A stretch of DNA of 64,000 nt from the NCBI RefSeq assembly GCF_963921235.1, contig NC_086118.1, forward strand, positions 18,168,001 to 18,232,000, written 5' to 3'. Below are positions 21,780 through 34,689 of this stretch, piece by piece. This DNA is from Mobula hypostoma (lineage: Eukaryota). The notes below the pieces were generated by a model, which was given only the letters and a program-made list of their open reading frames with translations, did not search any database and was not told the DNA's origin. Each line of letters starts with the position of its first letter. Within the stretch, counting starts at the first letter, position 1. The translations under genes and the position numbers were made by a program.

Positions 21780-24700
21780 TCATGCCAAATCTTCACAAAC
21801 TTCTAAAGGAGTAGAAGCACTGCTTTGCTTTCTTTGTGGTTGCACTCGCATGTTGATCCTCTGAATTTAATGGAAGAATTTAATGTTGCTGACCCTTTCC
21901 ACCTCTGATCGCCTGATAAGGACTGACTCACGGACCTCCGGTTTCCTTCATCTGAAGTCAATCAGCTACTCAGTCTTGCTTGATGCGGCACCTCTCATCC
22001 AGATTTTCAATCTCCCTCCTATATGCTAATTTGTCACCACCTTTGATCCAGCCAGTGACAGTGGTTTTGTCAGGAAGCCTAAATATGACATAGGAGCTGT
22101 GCTTAGCCTCACAGTCATACGTGTAAAGCAAGTAGAGCTGGGGCTAAGCACATAGCCTTGTGTTGCACCTGTGCTGATGGAAATTGTGGAGGAGATGTTG
22201 TTGCCAATCTGATCTGACTGGAGTCTGCAAGGGACAAAATCAAGAATCCAATTGCACAAGGAGGTATTGAGGCCAAGGTCTTGAAGCTCCTTGATTTGTT
22301 TTGAGGGGCTTATTGAATCCAGACTTGTAGTCCATGAAGAGCATTCTGATGTGTATATATCTTTGCTGTACAGATGTTCCGGGGTTGATCAAAGAGCCAG
22401 TGAAGTGGCATCTGCTGTGGACCTGTTGTTCTGGTAAGCAAACTGGAGCAGATCCAAGTGTAACCCTCAGGCTCGCCCAGCTCTTGTTCTTCTAGGGGAA
22501 ACAGCCTTAGGGGACAGGCCAAATTTCTTTAGTTTTCTCAGGAAGTAAAGGCGCTGGTGGGCCTTCTTGGCAGTGGACTCTGCTTGGTTGGACCAAGTCA
22601 GGTCATTTGTGATATTGACCCCAAGGAACTTAAAGCTTTTGACCTGCTCCACTTGCACACCACCGATGTAAATTGGGTCGTGCGGCCCGCTATTCCTTCG
22701 TCTTGCTGACATTGAGGGATAGGTTATTGTCTTCGCACCATGCCACCAGGTTCTTAATTTCCTCTCTGTACTCAAACTCCTTATTACCCAAGATACAGCC
22801 TACAATTGTTGTGTCATCAGCAAACTTATTTATTGAGTTCCATGGAAACTCAATCTGAATATAGTGTTAGTAATGACAATTTTAAAAAGGGCCAATTCAA
22901 GGAAAAGTCCAAAGTTCACGTTGGAGCTCACTCAGTAGTCATTCTTCCACCATTGATCTCTGAGCACTGCCGACTTTCGGACCCTCAAATCCCAGTCCAT
23001 TCTGTCTGGTGATCGACCAGTTCTCTCCACACGCATCTTCCCTCTTCATCTCTCCTCAACAAAGACCATAAAAAACTTCTGTCTAGATTCACAAGACAGA
23101 GTAACAATCTCTTATTGGCTAACATGCATACCAAAGTCCTGTTATCTCCAGTCATAACCCAAACATTGCTGCTACAGAGAAGCCGTTACCTCAGCAGTGA
23201 ACATTACAGGGAAACCATTACATTAGCCTTAGCAGTGAAACATTACAAAGAAGCCATTACATTAGCAGTGAATCCTTAGAGTATGTTACACAGGTCTTGC
23301 TTCTCAGGCAGGGGTTGATATGTTTCATCACCAACCTCTCAAAGCAATTCATCTCAGTGGATGTAAGTGCTACTGGCGACAGTCTTCGAAGCAGGTTACC
23401 ACATTCTTCTTGGGTACCAGTATAGTTGAAGCCTGCTTGAAGCAGGTGGGTACCTCAAACCGATGAAGAGAGAGGTTAAAGTTATTAGTGAACACTTCAG
23501 TCAGTTGATCGGCACAGGACTTTATTACTTGGTAGGTATCCCATCTGGGCCAGATGGTTTTGATGGCTTCACTGTCCTGAAGGATATTCTCATGTCAGCT
23601 TTAGATACTCAAGTCATAGGATCATGGAAGTCTGTAGGAGTTTGTGAAGATTCCTCCATGCTTTTGATGCTCAGAGCAAGCATTAAGCTCATCTGGGACA
23701 AAAGCCTTGTTGTCACTTGTGTCACTTGGAGTCACTCTGTAAGAGGTCTGTCGAGCATTTTTGAATGATTCAAGTTTGGTCTGCAATTGCTACTTTGTAT
23801 GTGAGATTGTACCTGGACCTCTTGTATTTTACTTGGTCACTAGAACTGAATGCCACTGATCTGGCCAGTAGTTTATAGATTTTGTGGGGATCCAGGGCTT
23901 CTGACTGGGGAGGACTGAATGATTTTGTGGGAACATACTCAGCTACGACTGTTTTTATACAATCGGTGACAACTGTGGTGTATTTATTCAGATCCCCTAA
24001 TGAGCCCTTGAACACAGCTTAGTCCACCGACTTGAGGCAATCCTATAGCCACTCTTCAGCCTCCAGCAAACTCATCTTTGTTGACCTTATCTTTGGAGCC
24101 TTGTCCTTTAGACTCTGCCTGCACACAGGTAGGAGAAGGACAGCCAAGTGATCAGATTTCCAAAATGTGTTCTAGTTATGAAACAGTAGGCATTCCTAAT
24201 CATAGAATAGCAGTGGTTGGGTGTGTTGGGACTCCTGGTGCTGCAGGTTATATGCGGATGATAATTGGGCAGATATTTTTTTCAAACAAGCCTCACTGAA
24301 GTCTCTGACTATGATTTGAAATGTGTCGGTGTAGGCTTGTTTGGTGATGGCAGCATTCAGTATCTCGAATGCCTGATTAGCGTTGGCTTTTTGCAGTATG
24401 TAAACTGCGGTCAGGATCACGAAGGAGAACTCTCTTGGTAAGTACAACAGTTGGCACTTAATAGTTAGATGTTCCAGTTCAGGGGAACAAGTGTGCATCA
24501 AAACTGCCACATCCGACCACCACAAAGTGTTTATCGTGAAATACAGACCACCACCTCTTGCCTTGTCTGAATCAGCTGTCCAGTCCATCCTGTGTATCAA
24601 GAAGTCTCCAGGTCTTACCAATGTATCTGGTGTGGCTGGGGTAAGCCATAACTCTGTGAAACACAGAACACAGCAATTCCTCATTTCCCTGCATTATAGC

Positions 24701-25090
24701 AACCTTACCCTTAGATTCTCACTCTTGTTCTCCAGCAGCTGTACATTTGCTAACAAGATGCTGCACAGATGAATTTCCATCTCTTGGTGTTTCAGTCTGG
24801 CTTGGAGTCCTCCCTCCTCCCTCCCTTTTAGCCATGGCGATGTAACTTCATCCACTTAAAGGAGCCGTGGAGGGAATGGGACTAATGTCCTGCTTGAGAG
24901 TTAAGTTTACTGAGTCCTTCAGAAGATTGTGAAATCGCTAGTTAATTGAGATGGTTCAAAGGGTACTGTACATTGCTTAAAGGGAAATTACAGGCAACAG
25001 ATTGCAGTGAGCGTAATTTAGAAGAGGTATATTTAGAAGTTTTGTAAGCAGCCTGCAAGATGTCACCATGGTTCAGTGACGCCAACTTGG
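21780..25090 (-). mobile_element. Degenerate Rex1/Babar LINE with a nested younger Rex fragment (about 22490-22830) and an LTR-like insert (about 22860-23289)
   Basis: Endonuclease CCVLCFTELWL/RGGGL (24196-24684); RT CNWILDF and STGATQG; FKFLGVNITNDLTWS..KKAHQRLYFLRKL. Confidence 0.75.
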
Positions 25091-25689
25091 GGGAGAAAGT
25101 TATAGAGCCAATTAACTGTTACTGCTGCTAGATCTAAGTTTGACCTCGACCTTGAGTGCAGTTTGCACATTGTCTCTTTAGTTTTCCTCAAGATTCTTAG
25201 GTGCACTCCCACATCACAAAGAAATGCTAGTAGGTTAATTGACTACTGTAAATTACCCTTGAAGAAGATCATTGGAAAAAAAATCAAAAGAAGAGTTGAT
25301 GAGCTTTTGTTTAAGAGAATATATTTCAGGGGTACAGGAAATTAAAGAGGGAATGGGACAAAGAGAATTGTCCTCCTCAAAGCAGGCATGGACCAGTTAG
25401 GCTTTGTGAGAAGTACTGATTGTTTTTAAGGGCAAGTTAGAACGGTAAAGGTTTTGCTAATAAACAAACTAAAAATATTCAAAGTATTCCATAAATCTTA
25501 ACAAGGGTTGCATTCTATTAATAATATAAATATCGATTCAGATATCATTAACCAAACAGAACTGCATTAAATGTATGCAAGGTTGAGCTGGGAGAGCTTT
25601 AGTTTTAGCATACTACACCAGAAGGCCATAATGAGATAGATAGAAGATGCAGCATGTAAACAAGTTGTTAAAACATGAAAGCACTTTTC

Positions 25690-27130
25690 TGCCTGTGTGA
25701 AAAGGGATTAGCCAAAGTAACAGAAGGAATTTTAATGGTGAATAAAATAATTACTGTGCCCCTGAACAAATATTTTGTACACGCCTTCATTGAAAAAGGC
25801 CCAATAAATCCATCAAAGATAACGGAGAAACAAAAGTATAAATGAAAAGAACCTAAATAATTAACATTAATAAAGAAAGAGGACTGGAGATGGATGGAGA
25901 GAGAAAGAAAGAGAGATAAAGAAATTTAGTTGGAAATTCCTTGTATTATAATTAATGACTGGTCACAAGACACTTTGTGGCATTATTAACTTAATTTTAT
26001 GAAAGGGGATTCATTTTGATAGATCTAATAAGAATATTTTGTGCATGTAATCAGCAGGGTACATAAAGGAGAGCCAGTAGATGAATGATCTTTGCAATTT
26101 CAAAAGGCATTGAATGAAAGAACAGATGTTGGTACAGAAAATAAGGGCTCATGGTGTTGGTTAATATATTCACAATGATAAAGGAATGGGTAGATGACAG
26201 AAAACAGAGTGAGAATAGTTTCATATCAGTAGCTGATCTGCATATTTTAATAGATGGACACTTTTACATGATCCCTTGGTGTGAGATTTCTAATTAACTT
26301 TTCTCTCAATGCAAATGCTTCCTGACATGCTGAATACTTCCAGGATTTTTTTGTTTTTATTTAGAAATAATTGGGTCATTTTCAGTTAGGCAGCTTGTTA
26401 CTAATGAGGTGACACAAAGATCAGCTTTTACAACTTACCTAATGACCTAGAGGTAATGACAGAATGTAACTCTTCTAGCAGTGCAAATATGGATTGGAAA
26501 ATGAGCTGTTGGGAAGTTACAAAGTTGCTGCAAAGAACTGTACACAGATTAAATAATGGGGCAAGAATATGAAATACATAGAAATAGGAATTTAATCATT
26601 TTGATGTTATGAAGTGGAAATACATATTTGCAGTTATAAGGAACTTATAAGTGTTGGTGTGCAGAGTGATGTAGAGTGCTGATATGTACAATGCAGAATA
26701 GAAAACCTTGCAACTGTACAAATTTTTTTGGTGAGAGCATATCTAGAGTTCTTTATGCAGTTTCGGTCTCTAGGTCCAGGGAGAACTTAATGTAATTCTC
26801 TCATGAAAAGCAATTGAATCAGATTGTTCAATATTTACCTGAGATTAGATGAATAAAACACGATCGCTGTTGAACATAAGATTCTAAGTGGGATTGACAG
26901 AATAGATCCCATTTTTTCTGGAAGGAGGCTCTCAAACAATAGGATATAGGTAGAAAGTTGAGCATCTTTAGTATTTCCTTTCCTCTAACATTGCTAATGC
27001 TTAATCTTAAAGTTAAGATTCAAGGCAAAGATCAATAATGTTTAAACACCAAGCTTTCAGTGGCTTTGAGGTAAAGAATAAGACTTGATTTTACTGAATG
27101 TTCAAGCAGTCTTGAACAGCCAGAAAGCCT
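25690..27130 (+). mobile_element. Ancient, highly decayed CR1 fragment
   Basis: Residual similarity to CR1 RT (gagccagtagatg..ttttcaaaaggcatt; gacagaaaacagag; gagcatatctagag). No open frame. Confidence 0.55.
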
Positions 27131-27236
27131 TCTCTTACATTAGAATTTTAAGGGCTTAAGTCAAAGTCACCATCAAAATCTTATATAGCAAGTGTGGAAC
27201 ATAAAATAAACTCACCTCAACATGTCTTTTTACAGT

Positions 27237-27888
27237 TATGGTTGCCAACTTTCTCACTCCCAAATAAGGGACAAAAGTAGCAGTAAGATCCTGGGACACT
27301 TTACCCCAGGGGAGACTGCCATGACCATGAAGCCTTGCGCGGGCACCTGTGTGCGCATGCGTGACGTGTGCATGTGATGTGCGCATGCGCGTACGTGCCG
27401 ATTTTTTTCCCCCACTAATCGGTTTTGCCTTCGTCTTCCTGACTATACTGTACATACATTATTTCTACTTTATATAGGCTGTGTCTTTATCATATCATTC
27501 CTGCTTTTTCTATATGTTAGTGTTATTTATTTTCGGCTTTATGTGTTATTTGGTATGATTTGTTAGGTTATTTTTTGGGTCTGGGAACACTCAAAAATTT
27601 TTCCCATATAAATTAATGGTAATTGCTTTTTCGCTTCACGCCATTTTGGCACGAAAGGTTTTATAGGAACGTCTACTTTAGCGGGGGAAATATGGGACAA
27701 ACCAACTTAGCCCAGTATACGAGATGTCCCGGCAAATACGGGTCAGTTGGTAACCCTATGTTCAAGTTCAGCAGTGTGTGACAGGGAATGAGGAAAGGTA
27801 CAGCTGACTCATATCGCTCCCTCACGGCCCAGTAGCACATGCTTTGCGGCCCGGTACCGGAACACGGCCTGGTGGTTGGGGACCGCTG
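27237..27888. mobile_element. Composite hAT-type MITE (TAGGGTTGCCA-type TIRs next to a Charlie-like end)
   Basis: TATGGTTGCCAACT (27237-27250) and AGTTGGTAACCCTA (27745-27758) are inverted. Outer end GGTTGGGGACCGCTG ends at 27888. Internal tgcgcatgcg repeats. Confidence 0.65.
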
Positions 27889-30800
27889 TTCTAAATAGTA
27901 AGAAACACAGGTTTGCAAAGAAGAATTTCAGGCCACATCGTGACACGTGTAATTGATACCAATTATCAAGAGATACGAATTATCAAGGCAGTCCTTTAGT
28001 TCCTTTCGATAACCATTATTGTTAGTGTGCTGAGTTAATTAGAAATGCATTCAAAGATAGTTTAAACTGCAGTAATTTTAAGTTAGTTTGGCTTCAGAAC
28101 AGGGCCTCTGCCCAAACTTCAAATCTGATTTAATTTTAACCATTTCTTTAACTTGGAAATTACCAGATCTGTGTAACAGATTCTTGGGAAGAATTCCATC
28201 GCCATGGGAAAGGCTGGTGATGGAGAGGCTGGAATGGTAGTACTACTTCTGTAGTACCAGAACAGATGATGTCAAAGATATCTTGCAAATCAAACATGAT
28301 GCACGTCAGAATTCTAACCAAGGTTATGGATTTCATCAGATCATTCCCCAAACCAAAGTAGGGAGACCTGAGGTTGCCACTCCAAGTGAGAGAGAGCCCA
28401 TGAGTATTGTTGGCATTAGTTTGAACATTATATGTTGATAAGATAAGTAGGCAGAGGAGGTATATCATTGGTTACCTTGGCTCTCCCCGTAGCCTATTTC
28501 TTCAACCAATGGTTGTTCTAGTACAGGGCGGGAGTAGAAAGGTTGGAGTTAGGTAGGCATTGTTGGTGACATTCAGCATTGTGCTCTGTAAAGTGGTGGC
28601 ATTCCACACTGACCCTTGAGCTTTGTGGTCATTTATTATGGCTCACTTTCAAAATTTGTCTGACTTTAACAACCAGTTTGCAGTTTATTGACTATGAAGG
28701 TGACTGCATTCTCCATAGTTTGAATCTGTCAGGAGGATTTGCAGTAAGTGAGAGAAGTTTGAAGGATTTTGTTGCTGGTTGGAGCAGATTTGCTTTTTGG
28801 CGGTGTGCTGCTGCTTTTCTGTCATACTTACTCTATCAGTTTTAAACTTGAAGGACAATGTTTGTTTCTCTGTAACTGTATCCACTGATGGAATGATTTT
28901 TCACTTAATGTAATCCTGAGCATTTATTTCATATTTAAACAATGCCAATTAAATGTGGAAGACTGCATATTTATAAAAATAAGTGGATGTTACTTGACTT
29001 TCCATTCTCATTATCTCTACATAACATTCAACAACCAGAAGATTTTATTTATTCATTTGGCAGTTTACAGATTAACTCAATTCCTCTGAGGTATGTGCTG
29101 TGGTATGTGATATTTGGGACCACTTAGCGAACAGCCGGTGCAGCCATAGCTGCACTTCATATAGGATATCAGTTAAATATTCATGTACATTGATGGAGCC
29201 TGGAAGTGGATCTGTTTTTTTTTCAATCACAGCTTAAAACAAGTGAGCTTGTTTTGCAAAGAAGTGCCTGGTTTCTGCCCAGGGAATTATTCCCATCTCC
29301 AGGTACTGCTGAGTTTACCTCTGCAAATACAAATCTGACCGACTATTAGCCAGAAAGTGTTCCATACGACGATGGGGCCAGTAGGTGTGGAAATGATTCA
29401 GTGTACATTCAACAGCAGATGAAGCAGTTTCTGGAAGTAATGTCCTTCCTTTCACCTTCACTCTGTTTCTTTCCCTGGTCCAATTTACTCCATTTAACTT
29501 ATTTAAACAGAAAAATCTTCCAATGTGAGACATCCTGATTAATGGCTACATTGCTTAAAACCTGAATATTTGAATGTTTTGCAGAGGCATCAGTAGATTG
29601 TATGAGATTGTTCAATTGTGAAAATTGGTCTAAGGAACTATTAGCTTTTTGACATTGCCTATGAAACCAAAATGTGTTATGTAAATCTACTTCCAGATAT
29701 CATCATATTACATCATTCATTTATTGCTAAGCCTTCTTGCGTCCTGTGGATTTGAAATACGTTTTCATCAATCAGTACCTCGCATCTGAGTGTCAGCGAT
29801 GACCAGGCTCAGTTAGATGGAAAGGGAAGATTATTTTCACTTTCTCCAAAAACATGCATTAATCCCAAACTCAGAATGGCATTCAGTATGGACAATTCCC
29901 TTTTCCACTCTGACCACCTGAGTGCAATATAAATTGACACAATGTACACTGAGTTGAAGTGTTCAGCCAGAGAGTGGGGTGTCCATGGAATTCATTGCCA
30001 CAGAGGGGTGTGGAGGTCAAGTCATTGACTGTGTTTTAGACTGAGGTTGATGGTTTCTTGGTTGGTAATGGGTTTAAGGAGAAGGCAGGAGTATAGGGTT
30101 ATAAAAGTTTAGCCCTGATTTAATGGTGGAGCTGACATGATGAGCCAAATGACCTAATTCTGCTCCTCTGTCTTTTGGTCTTTTCCAATTTTAAGCTGTT
30201 TCAATGAGTTAAAATCCAGTTAAATACAACTTTTTCTTTTTGTGACTTAAGAACATAATAGAAGGCCCTTGAGCCTTTCATAAAAATAATAGCTTATCTA
30301 TGTCAACACTATTTTTAACACATTTCATATATTCTTTGATTCCCTTAATGTCCAGAATGAATACAATGACCAAGCTTTCACGGCTGGCCAGGTAGAGGGT
30401 GCCAAAGGATTTTCTCCTAAATGATACATTACACCACCAATCTCTTATTCTCAAACTGTACCTGGCTTGGACAACTGAGACAGGGAAACATCCTTCTTGC
30501 TGCCAGCCTGTCAGACCCTTTAAGGATTATGTAAGTTTGTATGAGATTCACCTTCATTCTTCTAAATTCTGAAGTAATCCAGTACCAGTGTACTCACTCA
30601 TTGTTCGTGTGGCAAACCAACCAACACTGTCGATATAATACCTCTTCTCTGCATTCTCTCTATGGCAAGTGTAAGTTAAGATATCAATGTATTATTCTTG
30701 TATACTAGAGTTGCTGTTGTTATTGAGTGCTGTCAAGTCGTCATTGACTCATGGTGACCCTACCCTATGGATAATATAGTTGTCCACAGGGTTTTTCTGG

Positions 30801-31597
30801 CAAGATAAGGAAGTAGAATGCCAGGCCTTTCTTCTGCACAGATATTGCTGCTGCCCAACTTGGGACCCAGCCGGTTTCGAACTCAGGATCATCCACCTCG
30901 AAGTCTAGTGCTGATGCCACTACACCACAGGCCAGCCTGTAATCAAGTATAGGGTGCCAATTAAAGCACCAGTTTTAGAGGAGAAAGTAAAAAGAGATTT
31001 TATTGATTACTTGTTCTTTTCCCATGTTTTTCTGGAAGTTCCCATTTCTTCCTTCTCATATTTTTCTTGCTTGTTTCTTCCTACTTCAATTGATATTTGC
31101 AAGTCTTTTTGGCTGTGTACCTCAAAGTTCTTCTATGTTTATTTCTCTTGATGATAAGTATACCCTGAGGCTTGATTAACCTGTGCTCATGTTACAGCAC
31201 AAGGCATGATATTTATATATCTTGTCCTATTCAGATCTTGTCTTGTACACCTGTTTCTTCTCGATGTTTATGTTGCATGTTTAAAATAGGTGCAAAATAC
31301 ATTGGGAGGAAGGGAAAACATGTCAGTATTCAGCTATTTCAATAGCAGTATTTGTGCTTCATGCTAGAAAAACAAGAATATTCAAATGCTTACTTTACAT
31401 ATGGGTACTTATTTATAGTAATCCTACTTGTTACTCTTTTAGCAAAATGCTGGATCTATTATGTCTCCTTAACAGTGGCTGGAAACTTATAAACAGTCGA
31501 GAAACAAAGCAGTCTCTAGCATTTGAATTCTTTAACTTGTTTCATGTGAATTCAATCTTAATTGTATGATAGCCACAACATTCACTGATGCAGCAAA

Positions 31598-32430
31598 GTT
31601 CAAAGTAAACTATTTTATCAGAGTACATACATTTCACCACATAGACACTGAGATGCTTCTTCCTGCAGTCATATTCGGCAAGTCTATAGAACAGTGCCAG
31701 TAAACAGGATCAATGATAGCACAAGAGCATAGAAGACAACAGACTGTGCAATTGCAAATGTAACAAATAGCAATAAATATTGAGAGCATGAAATAACAAG
31801 ATTAAGAGTCCTTAAAGTGAGATCTTGAACTTGATGGTGTGAGTCCTGAGGCTCTTGTACCCTCTACCAGATGCTAACAGCAAGAAAAGAGCATGGGCTG
31901 GCCTGGGTGGTGAGGATATTTGATGGTGGATGCTGCTTTTCCATGTCTATGTTTCATGTAGATGTGCTTAATGGTTGGGAGGGTTTTATTTGCGACGCAC
32001 TTGGACAAATCCCTTTTGTACGATTTTCTACTCAAAGGCATTGGTGTTCCCATGCCAGGCTGTAATGCAGACGATCAATATGCTTTCCACTGCACACCTG
32101 TCGAAGTTTATCAAGGTTTTTGATATCATGCCAAATCTCTGCAGACTCCCGAGGAAGAAGAGGTGCTGTTGTGCTTTCTTTGCAATTGCATCTGTATGAT
32201 GGGTCCAGAACAGGTCCTCTGAGATAGTGTCACCCAGGAATTTAAAGTTACTGACCATCTGCACCTCTGATCCTCCGATGAGTAAATGGCTCATTGACCA
32301 CTGGTTTCCCTCTCCTGAAGTCTACAGTCAGCTCCTTGGTCTTGCTGACATTGAGTGAGAGGTGGTTGTTATGACACCACCCAGCCAGATTTTCAGTCTC
32401 CCTCCTGTATGCTGATTCATCACCATCTTT
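31598..32430 (-). mobile_element. Rex1/Babar LINE 3' fragment
   Basis: FKFLGDTISEDLFWTHH..KKAQQHLFFL..RCAVESIL..CITAWHGN (32028-32294). Confidence 0.75.
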
Positions 32431-34689
32431 GACACCTTTGGTAGCAGTTCTGGTGGCACTGTAAATCCAGAGCTCCTTGTTGGACTGTTGGCATAATTGT
32501 GATTTCTGGACATTTTACCAATGCTTGACGTATCTAATACTAATTATTCAAGGCAACAACCCCTTCCTATAAACGCTGCCCGTAAATTTGAAGGCTTATT
32601 CTTCCAAAAGGTGCTCTTCAGTGATGTAAGTACTTTATTGTACTTCCATCTCCTCTCAACATACTGCCTACAGAAGCCACTGACAGGAGTAATTGAAGCT
32701 ATAATAAAGGGTTGCTTATGGCCTATATAATGTTCGCTCTCTGGCCTGTGAACTCTGCTGAAGCAATTTCTTTCACACTACTGGCTTAAGATTCAGATTC
32801 AAAGTTTATAAATAAAGTCAGTTTATAAACAATTTAAATATATAGTTTGGAAGAGGAAGAACACTTAATGTACTTTGCAAGTGAATTTTTACTAGTTTTC
32901 TATGTGGACCCTCAGGGCTGTTTTATTTGTAAGTTCACGATTCGCTGCTATTTATAGAGATTGGATGTTTCACGGGTTTCTGTGACTGTTAGCTGCTAGA
33001 TAACATGTTAATGTGATCTGTAATCCTTTGCTTAATGCAACAGTGCACTGTTCACCTGCTGACCTGCATCCAAAGCACACTGTGATGCAGTACAACTGGT
33101 TGATGCTAATATTGTACAAAAGCAAAATACTGCAAGGGCTGGATAAAGGTCATTTTGACCCTGACTTCATTATTTCAAATTAATGGCAGATTATGACTTG
33201 TACTCCATGTTAAAGAGGGCAGTTTGTCTGGTGAACATGTCAGGTAACAAGCTGATATTTCACCCCTCTGGTCAGAGGCTCTGGCCCACAAACACCTGCA
33301 CACAGGATTTACATAATACAACCCACCTCCCTCCAAACATTTGCATCAATTTGAAAAGAACCTTTATAAAAACTGTAAGAATGGTTACTTTTTTTAAAAG
33401 GTGACATGTCTTTAAGTTGCTTTACAGTACAATAGGACTAAACTGGTATCTGGATTTATGCATAGTTATGTAATAAGATAAAGCAGAAGGGATTTGTAAA
33501 AGATTTTCAAATATTTTGTTTTGACTGCTATGAGACTGTGATAATCTTCCCATAATTGTTTATCATCCATGGGTCAAGCTATCAGCTTTTGATCCCACCT
33601 GCTTCTGATTTCTAGTATGTGACAAAGGTGGAGGACCTGTCACCTTCCATCAAAACAACAAAGAAAATGAACTAACTAATATGAATGCATACCAGAACAG
33701 GGATACATTTGGCAAGTGGAAGCAGAGAAGGAGTGAACAGTGAAGGTAGGTAGATGTGAGGAAAGAAAAGCTTTGTCAACAGGAACACTCTTAAAATGCA
33801 GGCTTCTTAACATTAAGTTTCATTTTCTTTTTATCCACCCAATTGAATAGCCAATTGTAATTTGTTGTATTAGATCTGACTTAAACCTCCCTGAGAGATA
33901 GTTATATACCATTTTGAAAGAAATAATTATCTTAGTAGGTCACCTTTGGCATTAAAAATGCTAAGATCACATCAAAGGAAGAATGGTTGACATTTATGGG
34001 ACAGTTTCTCATGTGGGATTGCTTGAAAGCTCTGCAGTTTGAATAATGAAGGCAATTTGAATGCAGCCTACATTTCTGTTAACATGGCACCTGCATGTGT
34101 ATCAGCAGATTTTTCAGCAGCACGTTATTGATTAGCTTCTCTGCAATCTTGCGCTGCACAAGTTTATGTGGTGTCAGAAATGATCGTGAGTGGGAACCCG
34201 AGCCATTCCTGATATTACCATTGCTGAAATTCTGGCCTATTAAGCATGACATGATTCCACTATTTTCTTCTGATGCTTTAGCTTCAGAATTAAGTTGTTT
34301 TAACTGTGGAAGTGTACAATTAGTGCAGACAGTACTAGAGAACATTTTGCTGACTTAAATATGTGCTCCCAGACACGGATATATAATGAACAGTATACTC
34401 TTGCAGTACAGGGACAAGGAGCACAGGGCATACAGCCGACACATTTTTTAAGAGGGTTGGAGAGAAGGAATCTTACAACTTAAAGCTAAACCATGATTTT
34501 CAGCACCAGTCCCTTACCTGAAGTTCTGTAAGGGACAATAAGATTCAGCAAGGGCACACACATTAAAACCTTCCAGGAATTTGAAGTAGCAAATGAGGGA
34601 GAGAGATCGTAGCTGGGGGGAGCCATTTGAAAAGAACAAGTCTCATGGGAATGAATTTTATTTGAGCCAATAGAAAGAAGTGGGTGGTA

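Noticed and set aside
23190..23289. About 40-bp tandem repeats (agcagtgaa-cattaca) as a CRISPR-like array
   Set aside because: Only 2-3 degenerate units, no unique spacers, eukaryotic context; lies in an LTR-like insert.
28160..28468. 102-aa minus-strand ORF with possible AG/GT ends
   Set aside because: Acceptor lacks a polypyrimidine tract and no homology is recognised.
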